From positions 1-23,542 of the forward strand of contig JBMFUT010000010.1 of assembly GCA_049966395.1 (NCBI GenBank): DNA of 23,542 bases, written 5' to 3'. Under the pieces are notes generated by a model. The model had not been told where the DNA came from and ran no database searches. It saw only the letters and a list, made by a program, of their open reading frames with translations. This document shows positions 1-7,446 of this stretch, piece after piece. Within the stretch, counting starts at the first letter, position 1, and every line of letters begins with the position of its first letter. The translations under genes were made by a program, and so were the position numbers. This DNA comes from Candidatus Micrarchaeia archaeon. Lineage in GTDB: Archaea > Micrarchaeota > Micrarchaeia > Micrarchaeales > CABMGC01.

Positions 1-63
1 CATGCAATGAAATTGCATATAGCGCTTGTCGAGGAGCGCATATAATTGGAAGTTCTAATCGTT

Positions 64-84
64 TCAAAAAGGTTTAAATACCTT
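64..84 (+). promoter_or_regulatory. Putative archaeal promoter (BRE-like CAAAAAGG + TATA box TTTAAATA at 73-80) inside an AAGGT-N6-ACCTT dyad
   Basis: Sequence tcaaaaaggtttaaatacctt matches the purine-rich BRE + TTTAWATA consensus. The dyad at 69-84 makes a TATA-like element readable on both strands. Confidence 0.6.
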
Positions 85-96
85 AATGTTTACAAC

Positions 97-162
97 TATG
101 ATTGAATCATGATTCTTTCATGATTGAAGCTTGAAAGGATCTTGATTGTTCCATGGGAATTA
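97..162. repeat. Degenerate tandem array of six 11-bp units (consensus about CATGATTGAAT)
   Basis: Units at 97 TATGATTGAAT, 108 CATGATTCTTT, 119 CATGATTGAAG, 130 CTTGAAAGGAT, 141 CTTGATTGTTC, 152 CATGGGAATTA. Includes the perfect palindrome GAATCATGATTC at 104-115. Confidence 0.7.
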
Positions 163-189
163 AACAAATAAAAATGTTTGGTTGTTTTT

Positions 190-675
190 ATGGTCAAGAA
201 CTCAAAACAGATTGAAGAGGAAATACAGAAGATAAAGAAGGAGATAAGCAGCATTTCCTCTAAAAACGCGGTCGACAGCAATACTGCCGAGCTATCTGCT
301 CTTGTCAAATACCTCATAGAAGAGCGCGAGCATACCAACAGGATACTCGCCAGCGTAACTCAACGCTTAAGAGAACTGGAATCAGAGATAAAAGAGAACC
401 AGCCGGCGCCTGAGCTGCAAAAGGCAGAAGGCAAGGAGGTGCCAATATCATCTACAGACGCGCAGATACTGCTCTTTGTGCAGGAGCACAACATGGTATG
501 CGCAGCAGACCTGCAGTCGTATATGCACTATAGAGGAAAGAATGCAGCTTCTGCAAGGCTTAACAAGCTATACAAGGAAGGGCTTTTAGAGAGATTCCAG
601 CTCGGTCACAAGGTTTATTACAAATATGATGCTGGCAAGACGACCAATACACTAATTGTATCACCTCCACAGTAA
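190..675 (+). CDS. Putative DNA-binding protein: N-terminal coiled coil + C-terminal winged helix-turn-helix
   Basis: The ORF track starts at TTG 178; ATG 190 is more likely. Heptad-like N-terminus (IEEEIQKIKKEI; LASVTQRLRELESEIKE). The C-terminus DAQILLFVQEH-VCAADL-AASARLNKLYKEGLLERFQLGHKVYY has the wHTH pattern (recognition helix, GLL, beta-wing). Confidence 0.75.
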   Translation: MVKNSKQIEEEIQKIKKEISSISSKNAVDSNTAELSALVKYLIEEREHTNRILASVTQRLRELESEIKENQPAPELQKAEGKEVPISSTDAQILLFVQEHNMVCAADLQSYMHYRGKNAASARLNKLYKEGLLERFQLGHKVYYKYDAGKTTNTLIVSPPQ

Positions 676-677
676 AG

Positions 678-709
678 GTGGCCTGCTTAATTTCCCCCAA
701 GCAGGCCAC
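678..709. other. Perfect 11-bp stem-loop just after the wHTH stop (terminator, stabiliser or ncRNA element)
   Basis: GTGGCCTGCTT (678-688) is the exact reverse complement of AAGCAGGCCAC (699-709), with a 10-nt loop. Confidence 0.65.
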
Positions 710-762
710 AACCCTATTTGAGCGCGTAGCCCTAGCTGCCTCAGTAAGCGCTAAATAGGTTG
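709..762. other. Second long stem-loop in the same spacer
   Basis: CAACCCTATTTGAGCGC (709-725) pairs with GCGCTAAATAGGTTG (748-762): 15 bp with two 1-nt bulges. It encloses a small GTAGC/GCTGC hairpin (726-739). Confidence 0.55.
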
Positions 763-783
763 CTGCAACTATATTATGATTCT

Positions 784-1758
784 ATGCGCACGCATCAGAC
801 TTTTGCCATAGTGCACGCCAACGATATCGACGGCATAGGAAGCGCCGCTCTCATAAGGATCGCAACAGGCATTCAAACAGGCAATATCTTCTTCTACAAC
901 TATTCTGAAGAGAGCTTGGACTACATAACAACGAGCATAATATCGCTTGCAAAACCTGGTTGCAGCATCATCTTGGCTGATATGTCCCCAAATGACAGCA
1001 AGCTTGAGAAGTTTGTAAGCTTCATTCGTGACGCTAAACGCATCGGATGCTCGCTGGTATGGCTTGACCATCACCAGTGGAGCGACGCCGCGATAAGCGC
1101 CATTGCTGCAAAGTGCGACATGGCAATAGTGGGGGAGAACAAGCAGAACTGCGCCGCAGACATAGTGGCAAGAGAATTTCATCTTTCTGATCAAATATCA
1201 TCAACTATACGCGAAATTGCGCACGTGAGCGATTTCAAGCTGAAGGCATATGGCAAGACTAAATTGGCAGTTGAATACTATAGCTTGGCAATAACATACT
1301 ACAACATGCTCCCGCGGGCAAGGGAGTATGCAAAGTTGCGCGCTGCTGTCGAGAGCATCTGCAATGGCAAGATACCTGCAAAAGAAGTCATATCTGATGC
1401 GCGCGCCTTCAAGAAGCTTAATGCATCTAGGATAAGAAGAATGCTTTCTCATTTGCTAACGTTTGGCGACGTCGCCGTAGGATTTTCAGAGCCTGTGGTG
1501 GCAAACGACGCATGCGATGCAATATTAAGGAAAAGCGGAAAGAAAGTTGCAGTATATGTGAATACAAAAACCGGAAAGGTGCATCTGAGAAGCCAAAGCG
1601 TAGACACTGTGCCAATAGCAGCAGCCGCCGGTGGCGGAGGCCATCCTTTCGCTTCTGGTTTCAACATAAACATAGATAATTACGGCCACTTCATGAAAGA
1701 TTCACAAAAATCGGCTTTCGTCAAAAGGCTCAAAGGCTATTTTGCCAGGTTACCGTAG
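784..1758 (+). CDS. DHH-family phosphoesterase with DHHA1 domain (nanoRNase/pAp phosphatase-like)
   Basis: Motifs HANDIDG, ADMS, WLDHH and C-terminal LRS...GGGGHPFASG. ATG 784 is preferred over TTG 760 because motif I lies just downstream. Confidence 0.85.
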   Translation: MRTHQTFAIVHANDIDGIGSAALIRIATGIQTGNIFFYNYSEESLDYITTSIISLAKPGCSIILADMSPNDSKLEKFVSFIRDAKRIGCSLVWLDHHQWSDAAISAIAAKCDMAIVGENKQNCAADIVAREFHLSDQISSTIREIAHVSDFKLKAYGKTKLAVEYYSLAITYYNMLPRAREYAKLRAAVESICNGKIPAKEVISDARAFKKLNASRIRRMLSHLLTFGDVAVGFSEPVVANDACDAILRKSGKKVAVYVNTKTGKVHLRSQSVDTVPIAAAAGGGGHPFASGFNINIDNYGHFMKDSQKSAFVKRLKGYFARLP

Positions 1759-2960
1759 CCAACAAGCCTCCATCTTTGGGATATGTTCTTCATTATGGAT
1801 ATGCTGTCTTTCTTGTCTACGCACGCAGGGTGCTTGAGATCAACTTCCATTGTACTTTTCTTCACGTTCTTGACGTAGCCTATGTTTGTGGCCGTTCCTA
1901 TGCCAAGGATGACCGGCTCCCCCTCCCTAAATGACTGCTTTGGCATATCCTCCCTGCTTATGATATGGTAGTTTATTGTCATGCTGTTTATGGTTTCAGG
2001 AAGCTTTCCCACATGCCCTACAACGTTGCCGACAAGATTGTCAGCCTTGGTTATTGCCGCGTCAAGATCGGTGCCTATAGCTATGAGCCCTCCAGGCACG
2101 GCTTCTTCTAACGAATTAGTGCTTGTCTCCATGCTCACTATCTTTGTTATCAAAGGCTCGTAGACCTCTTTTTTAGACTTGTCTTTCGCGACGTTTATGC
2201 CAGGTCTTATTTCTATTTCGTCGCCAACTTTGAACTTGCCTCTCACTATGGAACCTCCTACTACGCCTCCGAGCAGCTTTCCTATAGGCGTTCCGGGCCT
2301 GTTGACATCAAAAGATCTGGCAACATACATAAGCGGGTCTGCTGAAAGATCCCTTGTGGGAGGTTTTATCCTAGCAATGTGCTCGAGCAGCGCATCCATG
2401 TTTATTTTTTTGTTTGCCATGACAGGCACTATTGGCGCGTTTTCTGCTATGCTTCCTTTCAAGAAGTTCTTTATCTGCATGTAGTGCTTCATAGCCGCCT
2501 CCTTGCCGACAATGTCTATCTTTGTCTGCACGACGATTATATCCTTCTTGTTAAGTATATTCAAAAGTATTAGGTGCTCCTTTGTCTGAGGCATTGGGCA
2601 TGGTTCGTTAGCAGCTATCACGAAGAGCGCAGCGTCTATTATGTTTGATCCTGCAATTGCAGTTGCCATAAGCATTTCGTGCCCTGGTGCATCTAATATT
2701 GATATCCTTCTGTAAGGAAGAGCTTTGCCTCCGCAGCCATTGCACTTATCGCTTGTAGTGTATGCGGAATAGCCCTCGCATCCCTCGCATTTTTTTATCA
2801 GCGCGTCAGCATAACCTAGCTTTATAGTCATGCTCCTTTTGATGCTCTCGCTGTGCTTGTCAGTCCACACTCCAGTTATCGCAGCGGTAAGAGTAGTCTT
2901 GCCATGGTCAACGTGGCCTAAGGTGCCTATGTTAAGCTCGCTCTGCTTGAATTCCATCAT
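1737..2960 (-). CDS. eif2g: Translation initiation factor 2 subunit gamma (aIF2-gamma)
   Basis: GHVDHGKTT P-loop, TIKLGYA, CxxC...CxxC zinc ribbon, DAPGHE, QTKEH, TKID, SFDVNRPG, C-terminal WRLVGYG. Start is ATG 2960 or 2957. Confidence 0.97.
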   Translation of the reverse strand: MMEFKQSELNIGTLGHVDHGKTTLTAAITGVWTDKHSESIKRSMTIKLGYADALIKKCEGCEGYSAYTTSDKCNGCGGKALPYRRISILDAPGHEMLMATAIAGSNIIDAALFVIAANEPCPMPQTKEHLILLNILNKKDIIVVQTKIDIVGKEAAMKHYMQIKNFLKGSIAENAPIVPVMANKKINMDALLEHIARIKPPTRDLSADPLMYVARSFDVNRPGTPIGKLLGGVVGGSIVRGKFKVGDEIEIRPGINVAKDKSKKEVYEPLITKIVSMETSTNSLEEAVPGGLIAIGTDLDAAITKADNLVGNVVGHVGKLPETINSMTINYHIISREDMPKQSFREGEPVILGIGTATNIGYVKNVKKSTMEVDLKHPACVDKKDSISIMKNISQRWRLVGYGNLAK

Positions 2961-3343
2961 TCTTCCTTCTTCTTAGGCGCAAATATCTCGTCTAAAGGCT
3001 TTGAGCCATATTCTACTATCACAGTGTTGATCTGCTCGGTGTCGGCGCTTATGGTGTTCCCTCTTACAAGCTTTCTAGCCCTGTAGCCCTTGCGCTTGAG
3101 TATTATTCCAGGGCCGCTGCTCAGTATTGGCTTTGCCTTTCTAGTGCCTTCTATGTCGCTCCTTGATGGGGAACCCATCTTGTCGCTGAGCCCTGTTATC
3201 TGCAGCTTGAAGCCTTCCAGCCCTGCAGCTGCGCCGTCAAAAACGTCACCTATCTTCCTGCCCAAAAGCAGCGATTCGTTCTCCTTCTGGAGTTCAACTT
3301 GCGCGGTCTTGCCGCTTTTCCTGTCAGAATATACGATTTTCAA
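2957..3343 (-). CDS. rps6e: 30S ribosomal protein S6e
   Basis: KIVYSD...LLGRKIGD...[13 protein letters not shown]...RKLVRGN..QIN. Conserved position upstream of aIF2-gamma. TTG start at 3343 (or 3346) after SD GGGTGA. Confidence 0.93.
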   Translation of the reverse strand: MKIVYSDRKSGKTAQVELQKENESLLLGRKIGDVFDGAAAGLEGFKLQITGLSDKMGSPSRSDIEGTRKAKPILSSGPGIILKRKGYRARKLVRGNTISADTEQINTVIVEYGSKPLDEIFAPKKKEE

Positions 3344-3360
3344 CAAATCACCCGTAAGCG

Positions 3361-5517
3361 TTACCTGTACATGCTGTTAGGCTCCTCCTTGAAGCGCCTT
3401 ATCCTGTCAACTACCTCCTTAGGTATTGTGGGCTTGACTTCAAGCAGCGCCTTTTCAAAGTCCTCCTTCTTTACTATTTCCCTGTTGTTCCTTATGGCAT
3501 TCATACCAGCTTCCCTGCATATGTTCTCTATTTCAGCGCCAGTGTATCCTTCCGTCTGCTCTGCCAGCGCAGCCAGGTCGACATCCTTGTTTATAGGCAT
3601 GCGCTTTGTATGCACTTTGAATATTTCAAGCCTTGCCTCCTCGTCAGGCATCGGTATCTCTACAATCTTGTCGAACCTTCCAGGCCTAAGCAGCGCAGGA
3701 TCAATCGCTTCAGGTCTGTTGGTTGCGGCAAGCACAACAACGTTCTTGAGCTCTTGCAAGCCGTCCATTTCGGTAAGCAGCGTGTCCACAACGCGCTCCG
3801 CGACCCTTGATTCAAACTCGTCCTCACCTCTAGGGCTCGCTATCGCGTCTATCTCGTCTATGAATATTATGCACGGCGCAGCAAGCTTCGCCTTCCTGAA
3901 TATTTCCCTGACCGTCTTCTCGCTCTCTCCGACGAACTTGCTGAGCACTTCCGGCCCTTTTATGGATATGAAGTTGGACTCCCTCTCAGTTGCCACTGCC
4001 TTAGCCAGCAAAGTCTTTCCAGTTCCTGGAGGCCCTACAAGAAGCACCCCTCTTACAGGCCTTATCCCTATCTTTTCAAATGCCTCTGGTTTTTTGAGTG
4101 GAAGCTCAACAGCCTCCTTTAGATCCTCTTTCACGCTTTCCATGTCTCCTATGTCGCTCCAGTGTACATTGGGTCGCTCGACAAAGACTTCCCTAAGCGC
4201 GCTCGGCTGTATATTCTTAAGCGCCTCCATGAAATTGTCCCTTGTCACAGTCAAGTCCAAAAGCAGGTCGTTAGGCACCGACTGCTTGTCTATTATTTTA
4301 GGGAATATCTTCCTAAGCGTTGCCATTGCGGCTTCCTTCACAAGGGCGCTCAAGTCAGCCCCTGTATAGCCGTGTGTTATATTTGCAAGCTCGTCAAGGC
4401 TCACGTCCTTTGCCAGAGGCATGTTCCTCGTGTGAATCTGAAGTATTTCTTTCCTCGCATTCCTGTCAGGCACGCCTATCTCTATTTCCCTGTCGAACCT
4501 TCCAGGCCTTCTGAGCGCAGGATCAATCGCTTCAGGTCTGTTGGTTGCGGCAAGCACTATCACTTGCCCTCTAGTGCTCATTCCATCTAGCAGCGTAAGT
4601 AGTTGCGAAACCATTCTTCTTTCAACTTCATTTGTGGCTTCCTCCCTCTTCGGCGCTATCGCATCTATCTCGTCCATGAATATTATGCTTGGCGCCTTGT
4701 CCTTGGCGTCCTTGAATATTTGTCTAAGCTTTTCCTCGCTCTCTCCAACGAATTTGCTCACGAGTTCAGGCCCAGATATAGATATAAAATTGGCATCGCT
4801 CTCGTTGGCGACAGCCTTAGCCAGCAAAGTCTTTCCAGTTCCGGGCGCACCGTAAAGCAGCACTCCTTTTGGCGGTTCAATTCCGAGTCTTTCGAAGAGC
4901 TCAGGGTACCTTATAGGAAGCTCTACCATCTCCCTTATTTTCTGTATCTCTGATTTGAGCCCTCCGATGTCTTCGTAATGGACTTCTCCTATCCTCACTA
5001 GCGATTCAGAAACAGGCTCCTCCTTTACTATGAAATTGGTGTTGCTGTTAACCTTCACTATTCCGTGTGGCACTACCTGCACAACAAGGAAAGTAAACAC
5101 GAGGCCGAACATAGGTATTGGTATTGCGTCTCCCTTGACAAGAGGCTTGCCGTCAAGCTTTCTCTTTGCGTATTCGGCGAAATCAGGGGACAGTGGCGGC
5201 TTCTGCCCTGGCGGCGGTGCAATTATTATTCGCTCAGCATCCTTAGCCTGCGCCTTAGCGACAAAAACCTTGTCGCCTATTCCTACGCCTACGTTTTGCC
5301 TAGTATATCCATCTATCCTTATGAAATCCAGACCCTCGTCGCCCGGGTGCGCCTGCCAAACTACTGCGGCTGTAGACCTGAGCTTGCCCTTTATCTCTAT
5401 GATGTCTCCGGTTGTCACCCCTAGCAGCTCTCTTGACTTTGAATCCAGCCTGGCAAAGCTCTTGCCTGAGTCTGTTATTGGTGCATCCGCAACAGTAAGC
5501 TCTATTCCGTCAGCCAT
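3361..5517 (-). CDS. cdc48: CDC48/VCP (VAT) AAA+ ATPase
   Basis: N-domain plus two AAA modules (GAPGTGKT / [14 protein letters not shown] twice, RPGRFD twice) and a C-terminal HbYX motif (MYR). ATG 5517 follows GAGG. Confidence 0.97.
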   Translation of the reverse strand: MADGIELTVADAPITDSGKSFARLDSKSRELLGVTTGDIIEIKGKLRSTAAVVWQAHPGDEGLDFIRIDGYTRQNVGVGIGDKVFVAKAQAKDAERIIIAPPPGQKPPLSPDFAEYAKRKLDGKPLVKGDAIPIPMFGLVFTFLVVQVVPHGIVKVNSNTNFIVKEEPVSESLVRIGEVHYEDIGGLKSEIQKIREMVELPIRYPELFERLGIEPPKGVLLYGAPGTGKTLLAKAVANESDANFISISGPELVSKFVGESEEKLRQIFKDAKDKAPSIIFMDEIDAIAPKREEATNEVERRMVSQLLTLLDGMSTRGQVIVLAATNRPEAIDPALRRPGRFDREIEIGVPDRNARKEILQIHTRNMPLAKDVSLDELANITHGYTGADLSALVKEAAMATLRKIFPKIIDKQSVPNDLLLDLTVTRDNFMEALKNIQPSALREVFVERPNVHWSDIGDMESVKEDLKEAVELPLKKPEAFEKIGIRPVRGVLLVGPPGTGKTLLAKAVATERESNFISIKGPEVLSKFVGESEKTVREIFRKAKLAAPCIIFIDEIDAIASPRGEDEFESRVAERVVDTLLTEMDGLQELKNVVVLAATNRPEAIDPALLRPGRFDKIVEIPMPDEEARLEIFKVHTKRMPINKDVDLAALAEQTEGYTGAEIENICREAGMNAIRNNREIVKKEDFEKALLEVKPTIPKEVVDRIRRFKEEPNSMYR
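3669..4557. repeat. Internal direct repeat in cdc48: 3669-3735 and 4491-4557 (63/67 identical, 44 bp exact)
   Basis: AGCGCAGGATCAATCGCTTCAGGTCTGTTGGTTGCGGCAAGCAC is identical at 3692-3735 and 4514-4557. TGTCGAACCTTCCAGGCCT is identical at 3669-3687 and 4491-4509. Confidence 0.9.
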
Positions 5518-5545
5518 CAAATCCTCTGTTTAAACATTTCACGTT

Positions 5546-5563
5546 CAATATATTAAATTTTTG
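5546..5563 (-). promoter_or_regulatory. Putative cdc48 promoter (AAAAA + TTTAATATA on the minus strand)
   Basis: The minus strand of the spacer reads ctgcaaaaatttaatatattg, about 30-40 nt upstream of the ATG. Confidence 0.5.
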
Positions 5564-5566
5564 CAG

Positions 5567-6307
5567 TCAAATTACGAACCCCCTGTAGAAGAGCGAGATT
5601 GCAAGCGCGAAACCGAGCATTATTATGAGCCCGAATATCAGCTGCAATACAGGTATTACTAAAGCGAAGAGGCCGAATATTATTACCATTGCTAAGATAT
5701 AAATTCCTTTATTCCACCTGAGCACCTTGCTTCCATCAAGCGGGTATATGGGGAGCATGTTAAAGAATGCAAGCAGTATGCTTATGAAAAGCGTGAAGTT
5801 TATCAGATTGTGCAAATAAGTGTTGTGAACAAAGCCTGATCCTAAGGTGCTGGTCACGCCGCCAACGAAGTTGTGGTAGCTTAATATTCCAATTGCGAAG
5901 AAAACGACGAATATTGCGAAATTTGTGAGCGGCCCAGCTATCGAAACTATACCCTCTTCTTTCCTCGTAAAGTTGTTAGTGGATATCATCGTTGCCCCAG
6001 GAATGCCAATAAGGAAGCCGAAGAAGCTTGTTATTATGGTTACGCCCAGCCCGCCCATAGATGTCTTGAACGCGGCTATTGCGCCGTAGTGCTCAGCAAC
6101 GAACTTGTGCATGAGCTCGTGGAGTATGAAAGTGAGGGATACCGCGACGAAGGAAATGGGTACAAAGTAAAGGAATACTGGCCAGAGCATTCCAATGTTG
6201 TAAATCCCGCCTATCATCACGAGGGAGAACGCGAAAGTCAGGACTATATCTGCAGTCAGAAGCTCCCTTATTTCCTCCCTGAGCAATATGCTCTTCCTGT
6301 AAATCAA
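5567..6307 (-). CDS. Site-2 protease family (peptidase M50) intramembrane metalloprotease
   Basis: HELMH zinc motif, AGPLTN, FNMLPIYPLDG and multiple hydrophobic helices. TTG start. Confidence 0.92.
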   Translation of the reverse strand: MIYRKSILLREEIRELLTADIVLTFAFSLVMIGGIYNIGMLWPVFLYFVPISFVAVSLTFILHELMHKFVAEHYGAIAAFKTSMGGLGVTIITSFFGFLIGIPGATMISTNNFTRKEEGIVSIAGPLTNFAIFVVFFAIGILSYHNFVGGVTSTLGSGFVHNTYLHNLINFTLFISILLAFFNMLPIYPLDGSKVLRWNKGIYILAMVIIFGLFALVIPVLQLIFGLIIMLGFALAISLFYRGFVI

Positions 6308-6360
6308 GAAACTACCAGATGTGATGTAGATATCTTCAGCTCATATATTTATGCCTTGCC

Positions 6361-6876
6361 TCATTTTTCGGCTCTGCAACGGAATTCCTTGCAGTAAAGC
6401 AGGGCTTGGATCGCCTTGCCGTCGATTATGCTGCCATTCTTTACCATTTGCAACGCCTTCCCGATGCTCACCCTCTTCAAGCGCAAAACTTCGCCGGCAT
6501 CCCTTTTGCTCTCTGCCTTTCCCAGTTGCGAAGCTTCGAAGAAATAGTCAATTTCGTTAGAGTATCCCGGAGTGGCATAAGACCTGAAGAGAGGCAACAG
6601 CTTTCCCGCCTTCATCCCCGTCTCTTCTGCAAGTTCCCTCCTTGCGCACTGTTCCGGGGTCTCGCCGCGCTCTATTCTGCCTGCTGGCAGTTCATAAAGC
6701 CATTTGCGTATCACAGGCCTGTAGTGGTACTCCATAACAATAATACCTCTTTCCAAAGGCAGTACTACAGCAGCGCCAGAGTAACCCACAGAGTAAACCT
6801 TATTTGCACGGCCTCCTGGAAAATTTGCGTTGCCTTCGTATACTGTGAAAATTTTGTTGCTGTAGATGCGCATCAT
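6361..6876 (-). CDS. Nudix hydrolase (ADP-ribose pyrophosphatase-like)
   Basis: Nudix box GRIERGETPEQCARRELAEETG, plus ELPAG, TPGYSNE and IIDGKAI typical of the NudF/ADPRase-like subfamily. Confidence 0.9.
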   Translation of the reverse strand: MMRIYSNKIFTVYEGNANFPGGRANKVYSVGYSGAAVVLPLERGIIVMEYHYRPVIRKWLYELPAGRIERGETPEQCARRELAEETGMKAGKLLPLFRSYATPGYSNEIDYFFEASQLGKAESKRDAGEVLRLKRVSIGKALQMVKNGSIIDGKAIQALLYCKEFRCRAEK

Positions 6877-6944
6877 ACAAATACTATAGCACTATGTATA
6901 AAAACATGCTAGTCAAAATATGAAATGCTTGACAAATGCAATGC

Positions 6945-7031
6945 GCGGGGGTGGCAGAGCTTGGCCAAATGCGGCAGGTTCAGGGCCTGTTTCCTTTAGA
7001 GGATGCGAGAGTTCAAATCTCTCCCCCCGCA
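6945..7031 (+). tRNA. tRNA-Leu (anticodon CAG), intronless, CCA not encoded
   Basis: Acceptor GCGGGGG/CCCCCGC + discriminator A; anticodon stem GCAGG/CCTGT with loop TTCAGGG; long variable arm; T-arm GAGAG-TTCAAAT-CTCTC. Confidence 0.95.
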
Positions 7032-7078
7032 TAAACATATTAAAACTTTGCCTTTCTATTAATAATCAGGTGTATTAG

Positions 7079-7360
7079 ATGACAGAGAGAAAGGAGAGGA
7101 ATGTGATAACAGTTGATCCAGAACTTTGGATGAACAGGATGTTGCACTACCAGGAGAGGCATTCCGGGTGGGCGATATTCATGTCAATATACTGGAGCAT
7201 ATACGTCCTGCTGCTGAGCTTCTTGCTGATATTCTACAACAGCCTGAACTTTTCAGTGGCATCATTCTTTGGAGTTGCGCTGTTCGTGTTCGCCATTATG
7301 GCAATAATATTCGGCTTCACGCAGTCGCTGCACTTCAAGCTGATGAAGAGGTACGGCTGA
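7079..7360 (+). CDS. Small hypothetical membrane protein (2 predicted TM helices)
   Basis: ATG preceded by SD-like AGGTG; two hydrophobic stretches and a basic C-terminus; fills the gap between the tRNA and secF. Confidence 0.7.
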   Translation: MTERKERNVITVDPELWMNRMLHYQERHSGWAIFMSIYWSIYVLLLSFLLIFYNSLNFSVASFFGVALFVFAIMAIIFGFTQSLHFKLMKRYG

Positions 7361-7371
7361 AAGTTTTGGCG

Positions 7372-7410
7372 GCTAGCGGCCAATGCCGCTAGCATTTATA
7401 TATTTTCTTT
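7372..7410 (+). terminator. GC-rich hairpin + T-rich tract; the tract also contains a TATA-like TTTATATA for secF
   Basis: GCTAGCGGC (7372-7380) / CAAT loop / GCCGCTAGC (7385-7393) is a perfect 9-bp stem, followed by ATTTATATATTTTCTTT. Confidence 0.55.
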
Positions 7411-7446
7411 GCTATTTCTAACCCTTATCAAAGCCTAGCTGGTAAT

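Noticed and set aside
97..162. CRISPR array interpretation of the repeats
   Set aside because: Units are 11 bp, contiguous and degenerate, with no spacers and no cas genes in the window.
96..338. 80-aa minus-strand ORF covering the repeat array
   Set aside because: Mostly antisense to the wHTH gene; the 11-bp period is not a multiple of 3, so the repeats are not explained by coding.
678..770. H/ACA guide RNA or hammerhead ribozyme interpretation of the hairpins
   Set aside because: Hairpin 1 ends in ACA but lacks a pseudouridylation pocket and K-turn. The minus-strand CTGAGG lacks the CUGANGA...GAAA hammerhead core.
3299..4369. 356-aa plus-strand ORF and other long ORFs antisense to cdc48
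   Set aside because: Shadow ORFs of a highly conserved gene; Ser/Leu-rich, with no motifs or SD.
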